This document shows positions 61,702 through 64,000 of a DNA stretch of 64,000 nucleotides, one piece after another (positions within the stretch are counted from its first letter, which is position 1; each line of letters opens with the position of its first letter). A program made the position numbers and the translations under genes. The stretch is from the sequence record NC_007623.1. One strand, 5' to 3'. Under the pieces are notes generated by a model. The model was not told the origin of the DNA and ran no database searches. It saw nothing but the letters and a program-made list of their open reading frames with translations.

Positions 61702-63999
61702 TCAATTCAAACGGACGGTTTTATCGGTTCCCTGATTCACCTGTTTGTCTTGCATCTCCGCCATCCGACCCAGTACCTTGTAGATCTCAGCCAGAATACT
61801 GTTCGTATCCGAACTGTTATCACCCAGTTTACCCAACGAGGCCTTAAGCTCAGCCACCAACGCAGAGTCATCACTACGGGTGGTCGTAAGTGCCTCGGTA
61901 CCCCGAGGGGACTGAGGAACAGGTTCAGACGGCGCAGGCGGAACCGGTTGAGGTGCAGAGGGAGGTGGAGAACCCTCATTAGACCTCGGAGTCGAGATCG
62001 GAACATCCGTAGCCGGGTTACCAAAGGTGGGAGTAGGCGTAGGTGGAACGTTCCGTTGCATCGGTCCTACCACACCACCGCCCAGTCCGGTGGTATCCTG
62101 TCCATTCACGGACTGCCCGCCTTGCACAGCGTTAAGGAACTTGTTCGCTGCTTCAGGGGACTTAAAGGCCGCGTGGATATGCCCGCCCGTACCGAGTGCC
62201 GTTCGACTGCGGTATTCATTGATGACTTGGAATTCCTGAGGGCTTAACCCTGCCCGACGAAGAATATCCGTTACAATGGCAACCGCTTGGTCACTTCCTT
62301 GTGCACCATTCACCAGGGTGAAGTCTAACGCCAGGCCTTTAGGATGAGCGCCTTTAGACCCCTTATTGACGTGGTAGGCGTCATTCAGTGCAGAGAAGTA
62401 CCGGAAACCCGGAACTGTCTGTTGAATGATTTTACCCAGTTCTTCCACAGCAGGGTGGTGTTCACCCCCCGCAATGGCTTCAGGGGATTTCAGGCGCAAT
62501 CCACTGCTACCCGGTGTATTGGTGTTAACGATCATCCCACCGTTATCACCTGACCCGTATTGTCCCCCTCCGCCTCCCATGGTTCCATTCAGGGACGGCA
62601 GACTACCACCCACAACGCCCGGAGCCGGTCTACTGACTTGAGGACGCTGGGGTTCGCTGGGGGCTTCTTGACCGTACAGGTCGGACCCGGTTTGGCTCCC
62701 TAACCCACTCCCAGCCGTTTTATCAGCTGTGGTCAGTTCACCACTTTGTAGTTTCTTCAGGTAATTCAGATAGAGCGCATAGCGCTGAGGCATTTCAGGT
62801 AACGGATTACCTCCATTCAACCCTGTTGCCGCTCTACCGAAGTCACCGGTTTGGCTAATACTTCTCAAGAGCTTAGAGTTCCTGAAGAAGTTCACCGCAA
62901 TGGCTGCCATGACGTTCGGATCGTTACTGGCCAGCTCTGGTCTGTTCTCCAGATCAATACCCAGCTCTTGGCCAACCCTCCGGTAATTAGCGCGACCCGT
63001 CAGCTGAATAAACCCACGCCCTCGGTAACGGTACCCATCACCGGCTTCCCTGTTCCCTAAGGAAGCACCTTTACCCCCACCGTACACGGTATTGGCGATG
63101 GCCACTTCACCGGCTTGTACGAGCGCTCTCGCTTGTTCCATGCTCTTCACTTCCCTGAAGAGTTGAACCAAGCGTTCCGGACTGCTGTACTTCATGTTCT
63201 CAGTGGTCCGGGAATAGCCTGAAGACTCGTAGTTGGTAAGGGCGAGCATTTCAGCGATTTCACGAGGGTCCGTAAAGCCTTGTTTCAGCATCTCACGGAT
63301 GATCAACTGCTCCGCCAACGGCTTAGGAACACTCACCCCTCGATCCGTTCCTTGGTTCGTACGTACACCGGTCATATCCAAATGACTGGTGTCCGAATCA
63401 CCCGTAATAGGCGTGAAACCAAAGGCATTCTCAGGGGTTCTGAACCGACCGTCGCTGCTGTACGTATTCCCAGCGTCTCCGCCAAAGGTACCGTACATCC
63501 CTCCTAGAGCAGAATCTCTCCGAGACCGGAATTGTTCCGGGGTAGAAACATTCGCTTGTTGGTCGGTGAACCCACCCCCTACCCGGTGAGGACTGATCTT
63601 CTCAGCCCAGGTTTGGGCGTTGGTCTTACCCGCTTCCAATTCAGGGTCTTTGAGTTTAGCTTCTACCGACGCTTCCCCCAAGAGGTTCAACATCCTGTCA
63701 ACTTTATCCGACCGTCCGGGAGAGGTTTCCCAGGCGAAGGGTGCTGCTCTCACATTCCACACCGAGATGGTAAAGCCAAAGACGCCATTGACTTGGGTTT
63801 GAGTCAGTTCCTTGGCGATCTCATACCGTGCGGTAGCGGAAAGGGTTCTCCAAACCACACCCGGTAGCCCCCGACGGTATTTCCTCATCAGGGTCATGTA
63901 GTTGGTCAGCACCGGCAGGAACCGATCCCTGAACCACTTGCACCAGGCATCCGCGTACCGATCATCCACCCGGAAGGCGTCCTTGAACCGAGCGAAGAG
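61702..63999 (-). CDS. 3' part of a giant tail-associated (tape-measure-like) protein with GH19 glycosidase and M15-like peptidase domains; truncated by the window end
   Basis: LA..NYESSG...TENMKYS, DGYRYRGRGFIQLTGRANY (GH19); NDAYH..KGAHPKGLALDF...GHIH (SxHxxGxAxD-like); frame open to 63999. Confidence 0.85.
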   Translation of the reverse strand, partial: LFARFKDAFRVDDRYADAWCKWFRDRFLPVLTNYMTLMRKYRRGLPGVVWRTLSATARYEIAKELTQTQVNGVFGFTISVWNVRAAPFAWETSPGRSDKVDRMLNLLGEASVEAKLKDPELEAGKTNAQTWAEKISPHRVGGGFTDQQANVSTPEQFRSRRDSALGGMYGTFGGDAGNTYSSDGRFRTPENAFGFTPITGDSDTSHLDMTGVRTNQGTDRGVSVPKPLAEQLIIREMLKQGFTDPREIAEMLALTNYESSGYSRTTENMKYSSPERLVQLFREVKSMEQARALVQAGEVAIANTVYGGGKGASLGNREAGDGYRYRGRGFIQLTGRANYRRVGQELGIDLENRPELASNDPNVMAAIAVNFFRNSKLLRSISQTGDFGRAATGLNGGNPLPEMPQRYALYLNYLKKLQSGELTTADKTAGSGLGSQTGSDLYGQEAPSEPQRPQVSRPAPGVVGGSLPSLNGTMGGGGGQYGSGDNGGMIVNTNTPGSSGLRLKSPEAIAGGEHHPAVEELGKIIQQTVPGFRYFSALNDAYHVNKGSKGAHPKGLALDFTLVNGAQGSDQAVAIVTDILRRAGLSPQEFQVINEYRSRTALGTGGHIHAAFKSPEAANKFLNAVQGGQSVNGQDTTGLGGGVVGPMQRNVPPTPTPTFGNPATDVPISTPRSNEGSPPPSAPQPVPPAPSEPVPQSPRGTEALTTTRSDDSALVAELKASLGKLGDNSSDTNSILAEIYKVLGRMAEMQDKQVNQGTDKTVRLN

Positions 64000-64000
64000 T

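Noticed and set aside
1-64000. CRISPR array, tRNA/rRNA, retron or diversity-generating retroelement
   Set aside because: No regularly spaced direct repeats, cloverleaf, reverse transcriptase, or adenine-only-mismatched TR/VR pair was seen by eye; the hairpins are dispersed and variable

Overview
A 64-kb segment of a phiKZ-like jumbo phage genome (Chimalliviridae-type, about 50% GC), not a bacterial chromosome. The 558-aa GroEL-like protein (MSQTLLVHGKDAQGIIKQ...) matches my recollection of the Pseudomonas phage EL (phiEL) chaperonin gp146, so this is probably EL or a very close relative; I cannot confirm that without BLAST. In order, the window holds: two long tail-fibre paralogues, a baseplate spike and SbcC/Rad50; an early accessory block (two AbiEii/DUF6036-like nucleotidyltransferases, NAD-dependent DNA ligase, RNase HI, DHH phosphoesterase, an Acb1-like 2H phosphoesterase, GNATs, exported proteins, many small hypotheticals, GroEL); a minus-strand adsorption module (two Kelch propellers, fibre chaperone, collagen-like fibre, SGNH-esterase spike); a small early cassette ending in an AmrZ-like regulator; an SF2 helicase with an Ala-initiated class-3 intein; virion proteins; UvsX/RecA; a stand-alone C-terminal RNA polymerase beta piece; and the 3' end of a giant tail protein with GH19 and M15-like muralytic domains. 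Non-coding signals are ten copies of an early-promoter motif (consensus about AAACCTAYATYAY-N5-TG), a 19-bp palindrome at two of them, and about 20 long intergenic hairpins, most sharing TAC/GTA cores. I saw no CRISPR array, tRNA, rRNA or reverse transcriptase. Several starts were moved from the ORF track to fit RBS positions. All family assignments come from motif recognition, not database searches.
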